DNA of 64,000 bases from Candidatus Hydrogenedentota bacterium (lineage in GTDB: Bacteria > Hydrogenedentota > Hydrogenedentia > Hydrogenedentales > CAITNO01): positions 7,288-71,287 of the forward strand of contig JAAYBJ010000013.1 of NCBI GenBank assembly GCA_012730105.1, written 5' to 3'. Below the pieces are notes generated by a model that saw only the letters and a list, made by a program, of their open reading frames with translations, did not search any database and was not told the origin of the DNA. Below are positions 45,828-54,779 of this stretch, piece after piece. Positions within the stretch are counted from its first letter, which is position 1. Each line of letters begins with the position of its first letter. Both the position numbers and the translations under genes were made by a program.

Positions 45828-46286
45828 ATGGTTGTAAGAAACGCCTTGATTGTTATCCTATCCCTTACTTGTGTGACTCTGATTGTTGCTCTCCTGAATA
45901 AGGGATCGGATACCAAACCACCTGCGGAAAGCCTGCCGGCGTCCCCTGTCACAACAGTGACGGCCTCCCCCCTCCCTGAAGGGGAACCCATCGAGGAAAC
46001 GCGAGAGCCCATCCGGGAGGAAATGGTGGACACCCTGTACCTGGGCCAAAGTTATGAGAACGTGGAAGCCCTTTGGGGCGTAAGTTCGGATGAACAGGAA
46101 AGTGAATATCAGCGCGGTATAGAAGGCTACACGTCTCCCCATTCTATTGTTTGGCATACCTGGAACAACCCGGACGACACCCGTGTCCGCCTGGGTTTTA
46201 TCAACGGCAAACTGGAGCGCAAGGAGTTCTACCGCCTGGATGGCCACAAAATCAGTAATGAAATAGACCTGGAACAATTGAAATAG
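45828..46286 (+). CDS. Membrane-anchored hypothetical protein with a small BamE/SmpA-like C-terminal domain
   Basis: AAAAGGA RBS, N-terminal TM helix and a Pro-rich linker. The segment LYLGQSYENVEALWG resembles the SmpA/OmlA fold start. Confidence 0.5.
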   Translation: MVVRNALIVILSLTCVTLIVALLNKGSDTKPPAESLPASPVTTVTASPLPEGEPIEETREPIREEMVDTLYLGQSYENVEALWGVSSDEQESEYQRGIEGYTSPHSIVWHTWNNPDDTRVRLGFINGKLERKEFYRLDGHKISNEIDLEQLK

Positions 46287-46405
46287 CACGAGGCCTTCGT
46301 TCCCTTACCGTGCGATTCTTACTGTTCCTCTGATACAATACGCTGCTGCAAGAAGTATAAATTCATGCTGACTTAAAGGCATCTAACCTACAAGGAGTCA
46401 CGATT

Positions 46406-47059
46406 GTGATTTTTCGTAAGGTAATGATTATCTTGCTGTTACTTGCGTGCTCCGGATGCAAGGATATGCTTCGCAAAGAACCGCCTCCGCCACCGCCGAC
46501 AGGCCCGCAAAGCAAAGAAGAGGTGCTCGCAGCGGTCAATCCGATTATCGCCCCCCTGCGCACGACCATTTCCGGAGGACCGGTGATCTCGGAAACGGAA
46601 CGATACACGATGATGACCGGTCTCCGCGATGCGATCATGCAGTACGGATCCACGGAATTCGGGAGGCAAGCGTTTCGCGACCTGGCTTACGAGGTCCAGG
46701 ATATTGCCAAACAGGCGTCGGCCATTGAAAAATACAGGCTGGTCTTAATCTGCGTGGACGTCACGGAGCTTCTTTCCGTGGAAAGCCATCTCTTGAAACG
46801 ACTGGGGCAAAAAGCGGACGTTATGCTTGACAAACCCAAGGTTCAGGTGAAGGGTTTTATTGACGATATTGAAAAGAAGCAAACCTATATTTTTATTGAA
46901 ATTATCAATCATCGCAAGGGCACGCTTGAACGCATGGAAGCTCGGGAAGGCGATGAATTCAACGATCTTCGGGTGGTACGAATCCTGGGCCGCAACCAGG
47001 CCGTCCTCTTCGAATACCTGAAGTTGCCGGGACTGTTCTTCGAAGTGGAGGCCTTCTAG
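46406..47059 (+). CDS. Putative lipoprotein, unknown function
   Basis: GTG start 8 nt after AAGGAG. The lipobox-like sequence LLLLACSGC is followed by PPPPPPTGP. Confidence 0.5.
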   Translation: MIFRKVMIILLLLACSGCKDMLRKEPPPPPPTGPQSKEEVLAAVNPIIAPLRTTISGGPVISETERYTMMTGLRDAIMQYGSTEFGRQAFRDLAYEVQDIAKQASAIEKYRLVLICVDVTELLSVESHLLKRLGQKADVMLDKPKVQVKGFIDDIEKKQTYIFIEIINHRKGTLERMEAREGDEFNDLRVVRILGRNQAVLFEYLKLPGLFFEVEAF

Positions 47060-48342
47060 CCTAAAGACGCAGGGCTTGCCTCGAGGGAGGCCAGGACCTC
47101 CACGTGCGGCGTGTGGGGAAACATATCGACTCCCTTCAGATCCGTTACCCGGTAGGCCTCACCTAAGACGGCGAGTTCCTCCCTGAGTTTTTTGGGATTG
47201 CAGGAGACGTACAGCACGTGGCGGGGAGCCATCTGCACCAGGCGCGCGATTGACTTGGGATGCATGCCCGCCCGCGGCGGATCAAGAATTACCGCGCTTC
47301 CCGGAGGCATACCCCCCGATACCAGCAATTTTTTGGTGAAAGCCCGCACCGTATCCGTAACGAAGGCAACGTTGTCTATGCCGTTTTCTCGGGCGTTGAA
47401 ACGCCCGTCTTCCGAGGCGTCAGAGACGTTTTCAACACTGATGATACTGCCGGCGAAGCGTGAACAACTCAACGCGATACCACCCGCGCCGCCGTAGAGG
47501 TCATATAAGTGTTCAGGGCCGAGGGCCTGAACCCATTTCCGGATAAGACCATACAACCGTTCCGCGGCAAGCGGATTGGTTTGAAAAAAACTCAGCGGAG
47601 AAATGCGAAAATTTAGCTTCTCCGCGTTGCGCCCGTTCTGATTGATAAAGGCGTCCGGAGCGCTGAAAACAGCAAGGTTATCCTCAGAATACAGATCCCG
47701 GTTGAACTGCAATGTTTCCGTAATCCAGGGATTTCCATGCAGAAGGGTCAGGTTATCGGCTGTAGCCACCTCCGCCCCTCCGGAAAACTCGCCGTGAAAT
47801 ATGCTTGTGGCGTCAAAACCACGAAGTACTGCCGCGACAAAAGCATCCGCATCCGCGAGGGGCCCCGAAGTGGTAATCAGCACCACCATTTTTTCGCCGG
47901 AACGTTTCCCGTCCCGAACCAGAAGATTTCTCAGGCGCCCCGTTCCCTTCCTGTTGTCATAAGCCTCCATTCCGCATTCCGTGCGCCATTGGGCCAGTGA
48001 ATTCAGCAACGCGGGAACTCCCTCCGGGCCTATGAGACATTCTTCGATCTCGATCGGCCATTTCCAGCCCCGCCGCGCTTTGAATCCCAGAACCGTTTCA
48101 CGATCAAAGCCTGGAGGCGGCGGTTCAGGATATCTTTTCAACGCGAAACCGGGATCAATTTTGTTGCGATAATGCAACAGTACTGGCGAAGGAACAATCT
48201 GGATCGGCTGGTTCCAATAGTCTTGCAGCAAATCTTTCAGGAACTGCTCCTTTTGAGCCAGTTGTTCCTGATAAGACACATCCTGGTACAGACATCCGCC
48301 GCAATCGCCGAAATGTCTGCATAGTTTATTTTCATTTTCCAT
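47056..48342 (-). CDS. SAM-dependent RNA (uracil-5)-methyltransferase, RlmD/TrmA family
   Basis: N-terminal Cys cluster CRHFGDCGGCLYQ, SAM site LYDLYGGAGGIAL and the catalytic Cys context YVSCNP. Confidence 0.8.
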   Translation of the reverse strand: MENENKLCRHFGDCGGCLYQDVSYQEQLAQKEQFLKDLLQDYWNQPIQIVPSPVLLHYRNKIDPGFALKRYPEPPPPGFDRETVLGFKARRGWKWPIEIEECLIGPEGVPALLNSLAQWRTECGMEAYDNRKGTGRLRNLLVRDGKRSGEKMVVLITTSGPLADADAFVAAVLRGFDATSIFHGEFSGGAEVATADNLTLLHGNPWITETLQFNRDLYSEDNLAVFSAPDAFINQNGRNAEKLNFRISPLSFFQTNPLAAERLYGLIRKWVQALGPEHLYDLYGGAGGIALSCSRFAGSIISVENVSDASEDGRFNARENGIDNVAFVTDTVRAFTKKLLVSGGMPPGSAVILDPPRAGMHPKSIARLVQMAPRHVLYVSCNPKKLREELAVLGEAYRVTDLKGVDMFPHTPHVEVLASLEASPASLG

Positions 48343-48407
48343 GGGGAGTTTTCCATAACGATACCAACCGCCCGCGGGAGCGCGCATCGTGTGTAGGACA
48401 GAGGGCT

Positions 48408-50135
48408 TCAGTCGTCAAGATTCTTCCAGCAATACTGTATCTCATAAAGGACGGAACCGCCCGCTTCAACTACGCGGGTGGCAAAGGGAGGCTCCTTATC
48501 TACCGGTTCATCCAGCAGCACATAAAGCCTGGGATATTGCCCGGCCACATCACACAAGGCATCCTTGTCTCCCGTTTCCAGGGCTTTAAGCAACGCCTCC
48601 TGCCGCAAGGTGTAGGGCCCGCGCTCCACATACGGATTAAAATACAGGAGCATGGGATTCACAAGTTTTCTTCCCGCCGGCATCACCACCTGGATTCCAA
48701 GATTTTCGTCAGGACACAAGAAAACCGCATCCGGAGGGGTATGGTCGCGTATCCAGCAATACATGGGCAGATGCCGTTCAAACAGATCATAATAGGCGGA
48801 CCCGCCGGGCGGCTGAAAATCAATTCGGCCGCTATAGGGATTGTGCCCGTACAAGATAAGACCGGCCAGGGCGGCGGCGGTCCATGCGCCCGTCCGCGGC
48901 AAAGCGAGCCCCTCCGCCCGCCATAAACCGAAGCGCCGCGACAATACCGCCAATCCCCTTCCCGCAAAGGAACCCAGCGCCACCACCCCCACGCCGAAGA
49001 GTACCGTGCGCACAGCCGCCAGGTGAATGGCCGCGTGGTGTCCGGGAACAACGGACGGAAGGACTACATCATTCAGCCGCAAGGCCTGCCAGGCATAGTG
49101 CTGTGCCATAAGCAGGCAGGAAACAAGGCCCCAACATATCACCACCCTTGCCCCCCTGTTGTCACGTGTGCGAAATACCGCCAGGGCGCCCAACAGCGCT
49201 ACGCCGTTCCTTAGGCTTACCGCGTGCCAAAGTTGCCCCGGAAGGTTGTGCAGTTCCACATTCTGAGACGCATACAGGGAAGGCCATGGATTGAGCACAT
49301 GGAATTGATAGCGCCATAAAATCGGGCCGCTGTAGGGCAGGCTTACAAAGAACGCCATACAGAGAAGCAATAGAAACAAGCCGAGCAGCGTGCGCGCCTC
49401 CTTCGGGCGCCCCTCAACGCGCCGAAGCCGGTATTGTTCCCATAACATCAGCAGGAGCAATGTGCCTCCCGCGATAATCGCCGGCGCCGTATGGGCCAGG
49501 AATGTTATGCCGAGCAATAGTCCGGCGAGCAGAAACGTGGAGGATGTTTTACGCTCAACGGCCTTTGTTCCGGCCGCCAACGTGATGAAAAGCAGCCCCA
49601 GGGAATACACCGACGCCAGCAACCAGGGCGAGTAGGCACACGTCCAGTACGGCGACATTCCGTCCTTGCCGAAAAGCATCAGGCACAATCCGGCAAGCCC
49701 CGCGGCCCGGCCGAAAAATGATGCCGCGAAAAAGTAAAACGCCAGCGGCGCCAGGAGATTCAAATAGGGCCCCATCACGACAGCCAGGCGCATCAACGGA
49801 ATGTCGGTCAGGAAATGGGCGGCAAGCAGCATAAGCCCCGTTAAAGGGTTATACCAGGAGATTTCACCGGCAAGGACCGGGTCTTCCGGATATCGTCCGT
49901 CCAGTATGGACTGGGCGATGCCCATATCCCGCATAATGTCCCATTCACGCGACACCAGGCACGGATCCACGGCATTGCAGGCGAGTATCAGGGACCACCC
50001 CAGCAATGCCCCCGCGACAAGCGACGGCAGTATGACGGCCGCAATGTTCCCGCGAGTTCGACGGCCTGCCCGGTGTTCTTTCCAAAAAATCTGCATATGG
50101 ATGAAGTTATTCCACCTCTTCAGCGTGTTCGGCAT
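48408..50135 (-). CDS. Polytopic GT-C-like membrane protein with a soluble C-terminal domain
   Basis: 575 aa. About 11 TM helices are followed by a ~130-aa hydrophilic domain. The first loop is acidic (REWDIMRD), as in ArnT/PMT-type enzymes. The call is tentative. Confidence 0.55.
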   Translation of the reverse strand: MPNTLKRWNNFIHMQIFWKEHRAGRRTRGNIAAVILPSLVAGALLGWSLILACNAVDPCLVSREWDIMRDMGIAQSILDGRYPEDPVLAGEISWYNPLTGLMLLAAHFLTDIPLMRLAVVMGPYLNLLAPLAFYFFAASFFGRAAGLAGLCLMLFGKDGMSPYWTCAYSPWLLASVYSLGLLFITLAAGTKAVERKTSSTFLLAGLLLGITFLAHTAPAIIAGGTLLLLMLWEQYRLRRVEGRPKEARTLLGLFLLLLCMAFFVSLPYSGPILWRYQFHVLNPWPSLYASQNVELHNLPGQLWHAVSLRNGVALLGALAVFRTRDNRGARVVICWGLVSCLLMAQHYAWQALRLNDVVLPSVVPGHHAAIHLAAVRTVLFGVGVVALGSFAGRGLAVLSRRFGLWRAEGLALPRTGAWTAAALAGLILYGHNPYSGRIDFQPPGGSAYYDLFERHLPMYCWIRDHTPPDAVFLCPDENLGIQVVMPAGRKLVNPMLLYFNPYVERGPYTLRQEALLKALETGDKDALCDVAGQYPRLYVLLDEPVDKEPPFATRVVEAGGSVLYEIQYCWKNLDD

Positions 50136-50193
50136 TTAGAATTGAAGCGGGTCGGCCTCGCCTTTGGCAGGGTCATCGCGCAAACGGTCGCAC

Positions 50194-51651
50194 TTATGCG
50201 TTATCAAGCCCTTCCAGGATGGTTCTGATCGCCGCCCCGACCCCGGCGCGCTTCACGGTTACCTGGGTTGCGCGCCCGGCCTCCCGATAGGCATCATGGT
50301 CCTCTATGTCGTTCCGGAGACGTTTTCCCGCGATAAGATCCTTTACGGAGACTTCGCCGCGCTGCAACTCGTCTTCACCCAGGATGACCGCCACGGGAAC
50401 TTCATAACGATCTGCGTCGCTGAGTTGTTCCGCCATGTTCTTTTTACCGCCAAGATAGGTGGCCGTATTGAAGCCCTGCTCCCGCAACTCTGTTGCCAGC
50501 CGCAGTACTTCCCGCTGATTCACCCGTCCAACAGTCGCAATACATACCTGGACCGTGCTTTTGGGAAACCGGAGCCGTCCCAATTCCTGCAAAGCGGTCA
50601 TCAACCGCTCCACCCCGATGGACGCGCCCGTCGCGGGTATCTCCTGGGCAAGGAAACGGCTGCACAGTTCATTGTAGCGCCCGCCACCTCCCACGGATCC
50701 GACGGATTTGCAGGCGGTGATCTCGATTTCGTATACCGGCCCTGTATAGTAATCCAGGCCACGGGTCAAACTTGGATCGAAGGCGGCCTCCCTCTCGGAA
50801 ATGCCCAGCACATCCAGGTAGCCCGCGAGTTCCGTCATTTCCGCAAGCGCGGCATCGGCGTCGTTCGTGGCGGGCAGTTTTGAACGCAAGGCCTCCACCA
50901 CCGCCAGTCTTTCGGCGCCCTTCACATCAATAAATGCCAGGATGGCTTCAATCATCCCGGGAGAAAGATGAACGCCCGGAATAGGATCCCCGGATTCATC
51001 CACACGGCCTTCACCGAGTTCGGCACGGACGTTCTCCAAGCCCACCTTGCCGAGTTTATCCACCACCCGCAAGGTATGCTTGATGCGTTCCGTGTCTTGA
51101 ATGCCGTTTCCCATTAACAACGCATCGATCAACTTGCGATTGCTGATACGCACCCGGAAGAGGGGCTCATTGTCCTGACACAGCCCCACCGCGCGCATCG
51201 CCTCACAGAGAACGGCAATGATTTCCGCGTCAGCGGCCAGACCGCGCGCGCCGGCAATATCCACATCAATCTGTGTGAACTGTCGATAACGGCCCGGGCC
51301 GGGCTTGTCACCGCGAAATACGGGACCGACATGGTATCTTCGGAACGGAAGTTTTATCTGCTCCCTGTATTGGCTCACGACACGCGCGAACGGCACGGTG
51401 AGATCAAAACGCAATGCGGCCGGTTCGCCTTCCGGCGTTTCCAGTCTGAAAATTTCCTTGTTGACCTCCAGACCGGCGCTGCCCGTAAGGGTTTCCATGT
51501 GTTCAATCACGGGCGTGTCCAACTGGACAAATCCAAAACGCTCGTATATTTTACGAATGACTTCAATGATGCCTGCCCTGGCCACCATTTCGCCGGGCAA
51601 AAAATCCTGAAATCCTTTCAATGCCTGTGCTTTTATTCTGGGTGATTTCAT
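50194..51651 (-). CDS. hisS: Histidine--tRNA ligase
   Basis: KGFQDFLPGE, YHVGPVFRGDKPGPGRYRQFTQIDVD and GGGGRYNEL class-II/HisRS motifs, with a C-terminal anticodon-binding domain. Confidence 0.92.
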   Translation of the reverse strand: MKSPRIKAQALKGFQDFLPGEMVARAGIIEVIRKIYERFGFVQLDTPVIEHMETLTGSAGLEVNKEIFRLETPEGEPAALRFDLTVPFARVVSQYREQIKLPFRRYHVGPVFRGDKPGPGRYRQFTQIDVDIAGARGLAADAEIIAVLCEAMRAVGLCQDNEPLFRVRISNRKLIDALLMGNGIQDTERIKHTLRVVDKLGKVGLENVRAELGEGRVDESGDPIPGVHLSPGMIEAILAFIDVKGAERLAVVEALRSKLPATNDADAALAEMTELAGYLDVLGISEREAAFDPSLTRGLDYYTGPVYEIEITACKSVGSVGGGGRYNELCSRFLAQEIPATGASIGVERLMTALQELGRLRFPKSTVQVCIATVGRVNQREVLRLATELREQGFNTATYLGGKKNMAEQLSDADRYEVPVAVILGEDELQRGEVSVKDLIAGKRLRNDIEDHDAYREAGRATQVTVKRAGVGAAIRTILEGLDNA

Positions 51652-51757
51652 ACAACCTAATCCTGATATTGAATATCGTGCTTGAAGGCGCCGACCGCCC
51701 TCACGAAGGAAAGCATGCGCGCCACGGATGTGCGTGTAAACCTGTTATTTTCCGGTT

Positions 51758-53998
51758 TCAGTCGGATTTTTTCGGACGAATTACCAGTTTCTGATTGATC
51801 TGAAGAACGGATTTGCGTGTTAGATTGTTCCACTCCAGCATATCATCAAGTTTTACCCCGTATTTCTTCGCAATATTGTAGGGGTTGTCACCAGAAACCA
51901 CGACATGAACCGTTTCGCCGCCTTCGGCCCCCTCACCTGCTTTTTCAGAAACCTCCTTAGCCTCTTCTTTTTCCGGCGCCTCTTCTACCTCCGTTTCTGG
52001 TTTCTTTTCCACCTTGTCTTTATCCACCTTGTCTTTTTCTGTCTTGTCGGTTTTCTTTGGCGTCTCTTCCTTGGCAGGGGCGGCAGGCACCTCAGGTTGG
52101 GGAAGTTCAGCCGGCTGCTGTTCCACAACAGGCGGTACCGCAGGCAAAGGCACGATCCCGGAGGCCTCTTCCTCGATTTCAGCCTGCGCGGCCGGTTTCA
52201 GACACTGTCCCCGGGCTTCAGCCAGTGCGGCTATGGCGGCGGCCTCAATTTTACGCCCGGATTTCTCCAGGCTTTCCGATTCTTCCACAAGCCGGCGCAC
52301 CTCGCCAAGAATCCAATCCCCCCGTTCCCGCGCCTTTGCGGACCCCGCGGACCCGGTCAGATAGAGCGACTGGAATTCCTCCGTACGCCCCAGGGTGTCT
52401 GTAATCGGTTCAAGAAAGAGCTCTCCCCGGTCCTCCTCGATAAGCGCCATGGACTTGGCCATGTCAGAAATCAGCATAATAGTGGGAACCGCAACATGTT
52501 TAGGCAATTGGCGTGTATGCCATTGTTCTTCTAGCCATGGCAGCATACGCAACAGTTCGAGAAATCTCAATCGGCTGGCTGACGAACTCGGCTCCGCTCC
52601 GATTTTTTGAATCATTTCGATCACTTCCTGCGAAAGGGAACCGCGCAATTCCGTTTGAGAGAGGAAGTATTCGGTTTGCTCCTGCAGGCGATTTACCGCC
52701 GCCCGGCCCAACAGGGCACCGCCTGTGCCTGTCAAATAGACAGGTATCGGACCACAATCGATCAGCAGGCCGCCTTGCCCGGGTTCGGCGAGTTTGATTG
52801 GATTACCTAATGCATCAGACAAGGCGAGATTTATGGCACCATCAACAGACAGGCCGGCCGTATCCCCTTTCTTATCTGACCAAATCACCGCCATCCAATG
52901 GGCGTCTTTTCTGAAAAGCAGTGTTTTGGCGCTTCCATCGGCGAGATGTCCGCCCACAAAACTCTGTCCGGAAAACTGCAACGCAAGCCCGTTGAGATAG
53001 GCCATGATTTCCTGAACACCCATGTCATCAGCCACGAGAGCGGCATTCAATCCCAGATCGGACGCACCGGCGGCGCGATGCTGAAAGAAATGGTAAAGGA
53101 AACTGCATGCCTGCTCATCGGCGCGCGGGTACCACCCGGGACAGGAGACGTGGATTTGGGTGCCTTCCAATCCATATTGCGCAGCGATATACCGTATTCT
53201 TTGCACCTCGGCCGGATTTGGCCATCGATCGGACACCAGCGACACATGCCGTGCGGGCATCCGCGGGGCTTGTCCCATGATCCTGGCGAAATCATTGGCA
53301 TCTTTGACGACTACCGACATACTCGCCGGACAAACCGTTGTCCGAAACGATTCCATTAAGGCGCCACATTCCGCTTCTATGCCCCCGCATCCGGTTTCAA
53401 ATCTCAAAATGTGCTCGCAGCGCGCATCAATGACCGGTTTAAGATAGTCCGGCACCCGGCGCAAATCATCCGGAGCCAACGACAAGACGATATGCAGCCC
53501 CAGGCGGACGGTTTCCTCGCTCAGCGCCTCCAGATACTCGTTTCCCGCGGCAAAATGAATCGTTTCTATGCCCACACTTCGCACCGACGCCAGGGAACAG
53601 GTGTCACGGCCGCCGCCGCAATGGGCGTACACGGGTATGCTGCGCAGGGAAGCGGGACGGTCAATACGGCAGTATCGCAATGCTTTTTGATAGGGTGTGT
53701 CACCGCAGGTTAAATTAATTTCAACTGTAAAGTATCCCCTCTCCTGCGGGGCATCCTGAACAGCATACCAATACCCGGTTTTTGCATGTACATAAAAGGG
53801 TTTTAGTGCCACCTCGATTTTCTTGTCATGGTGACTGGGCAGGAAACTCAAGGTTCCGGACACCTGTCCCTCTTCCTCCGAATATACCTCGAGTATCAGG
53901 GGATCGTCGCAATAAACAAAGGGCATCGGCTGATCCGGCGCCAGAGTGACTTCAACGGCGGCCGGCATGGAAAACATGAGTAAACAGGCAAGCATCAT
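51758..53998 (-). CDS. Secreted protein with a large unknown N-terminal region, an E/K/P-rich spacer and a C-terminal LysM domain
   Basis: Signal peptide MMLACLLMFSMPAAV. The C-terminus HVVVSGDNPYNIAKKYGVKLDDMLEWNNL..LVIRP is a LysM motif. Confidence 0.7.
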   Translation of the reverse strand: MMLACLLMFSMPAAVEVTLAPDQPMPFVYCDDPLILEVYSEEEGQVSGTLSFLPSHHDKKIEVALKPFYVHAKTGYWYAVQDAPQERGYFTVEINLTCGDTPYQKALRYCRIDRPASLRSIPVYAHCGGGRDTCSLASVRSVGIETIHFAAGNEYLEALSEETVRLGLHIVLSLAPDDLRRVPDYLKPVIDARCEHILRFETGCGGIEAECGALMESFRTTVCPASMSVVVKDANDFARIMGQAPRMPARHVSLVSDRWPNPAEVQRIRYIAAQYGLEGTQIHVSCPGWYPRADEQACSFLYHFFQHRAAGASDLGLNAALVADDMGVQEIMAYLNGLALQFSGQSFVGGHLADGSAKTLLFRKDAHWMAVIWSDKKGDTAGLSVDGAINLALSDALGNPIKLAEPGQGGLLIDCGPIPVYLTGTGGALLGRAAVNRLQEQTEYFLSQTELRGSLSQEVIEMIQKIGAEPSSSASRLRFLELLRMLPWLEEQWHTRQLPKHVAVPTIMLISDMAKSMALIEEDRGELFLEPITDTLGRTEEFQSLYLTGSAGSAKARERGDWILGEVRRLVEESESLEKSGRKIEAAAIAALAEARGQCLKPAAQAEIEEEASGIVPLPAVPPVVEQQPAELPQPEVPAAPAKEETPKKTDKTEKDKVDKDKVEKKPETEVEEAPEKEEAKEVSEKAGEGAEGGETVHVVVSGDNPYNIAKKYGVKLDDMLEWNNLTRKSVLQINQKLVIRPKKSD

Positions 53999-53999
53999 A

Positions 54000-54611
54000 T
54001 TAATTCACCAAAAACGGGTTTGAAACCCGTTCCTCACCAATTGTGGTTACAGGCCCGTGCCCACTATACACAACAGTATCATCATCCAAATCGAGCAATT
54101 GCTCCCGTATACTTTTAAGAAGTTGCGTCATGCTTCCCCCGGGAAGATCCGTTCTCCCTACACTGCCCGCGAACAACACGTCGCCGACAATCGCGACCCC
54201 CGGGGTAACCAGCACGATGTGACCGGGAGAATGCCCCGGTGTATGCCGAACCTGAAAAACGGTGGCGCCCAATTCAACAGTATCGCCATGCTCCAGAAAG
54301 CGGTCCGGTTCGGGTGAGGCCGGGAAAGGCACCCCAAACATTCTGCCCTGATCGGGAAGGGACCGCAACAGGGGCAGATCTTCCCTGTGGCATAACAGGG
54401 GCGCCTTTGTTACGTTTATCGTATCGGCATTACCGCCACAATGATCACAATGGCAATGAGTATTAATGATCATCTTAACGCTGCAATCGGACAAATACTT
54501 TTTTAACTCGGACGTAAGCTCGCCCGGGTCGATGACGATGGCCTCATCGCCCTCCTTGAGCACATAACAATTGGTATAAAACGGGGTAACCGGGAATAAC
54601 GCGATCTCCAC
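54000..54611 (-). CDS. MBL-fold metallo-hydrolase (glyoxalase II-like)
   Basis: THCHCDHCGG (HxHxDH) motif. GTG at 54611 lies 8 nt after AAGGAGG. Its stop is 1 nt from the LysM gene ATG. Confidence 0.8.
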   Translation of the reverse strand: MEIALFPVTPFYTNCYVLKEGDEAIVIDPGELTSELKKYLSDCSVKMIINTHCHCDHCGGNADTINVTKAPLLCHREDLPLLRSLPDQGRMFGVPFPASPEPDRFLEHGDTVELGATVFQVRHTPGHSPGHIVLVTPGVAIVGDVLFAGSVGRTDLPGGSMTQLLKSIREQLLDLDDDTVVYSGHGPVTTIGEERVSNPFLVN

Positions 54612-54779
54612 AACAATGTCCTCCTTGACAAACAAAAACTACCTTTGCCGTACCACGACCGACGCAGGCGTGCCGCTGGACAACAAACGCCCTATTGTAA
54701 CAAAAAACAGGTGGTATCCTCCCCCACGAACAAAAAAGGCATATCGACCCGTCTTCTGAACCTACTATCTGTGATTCAT

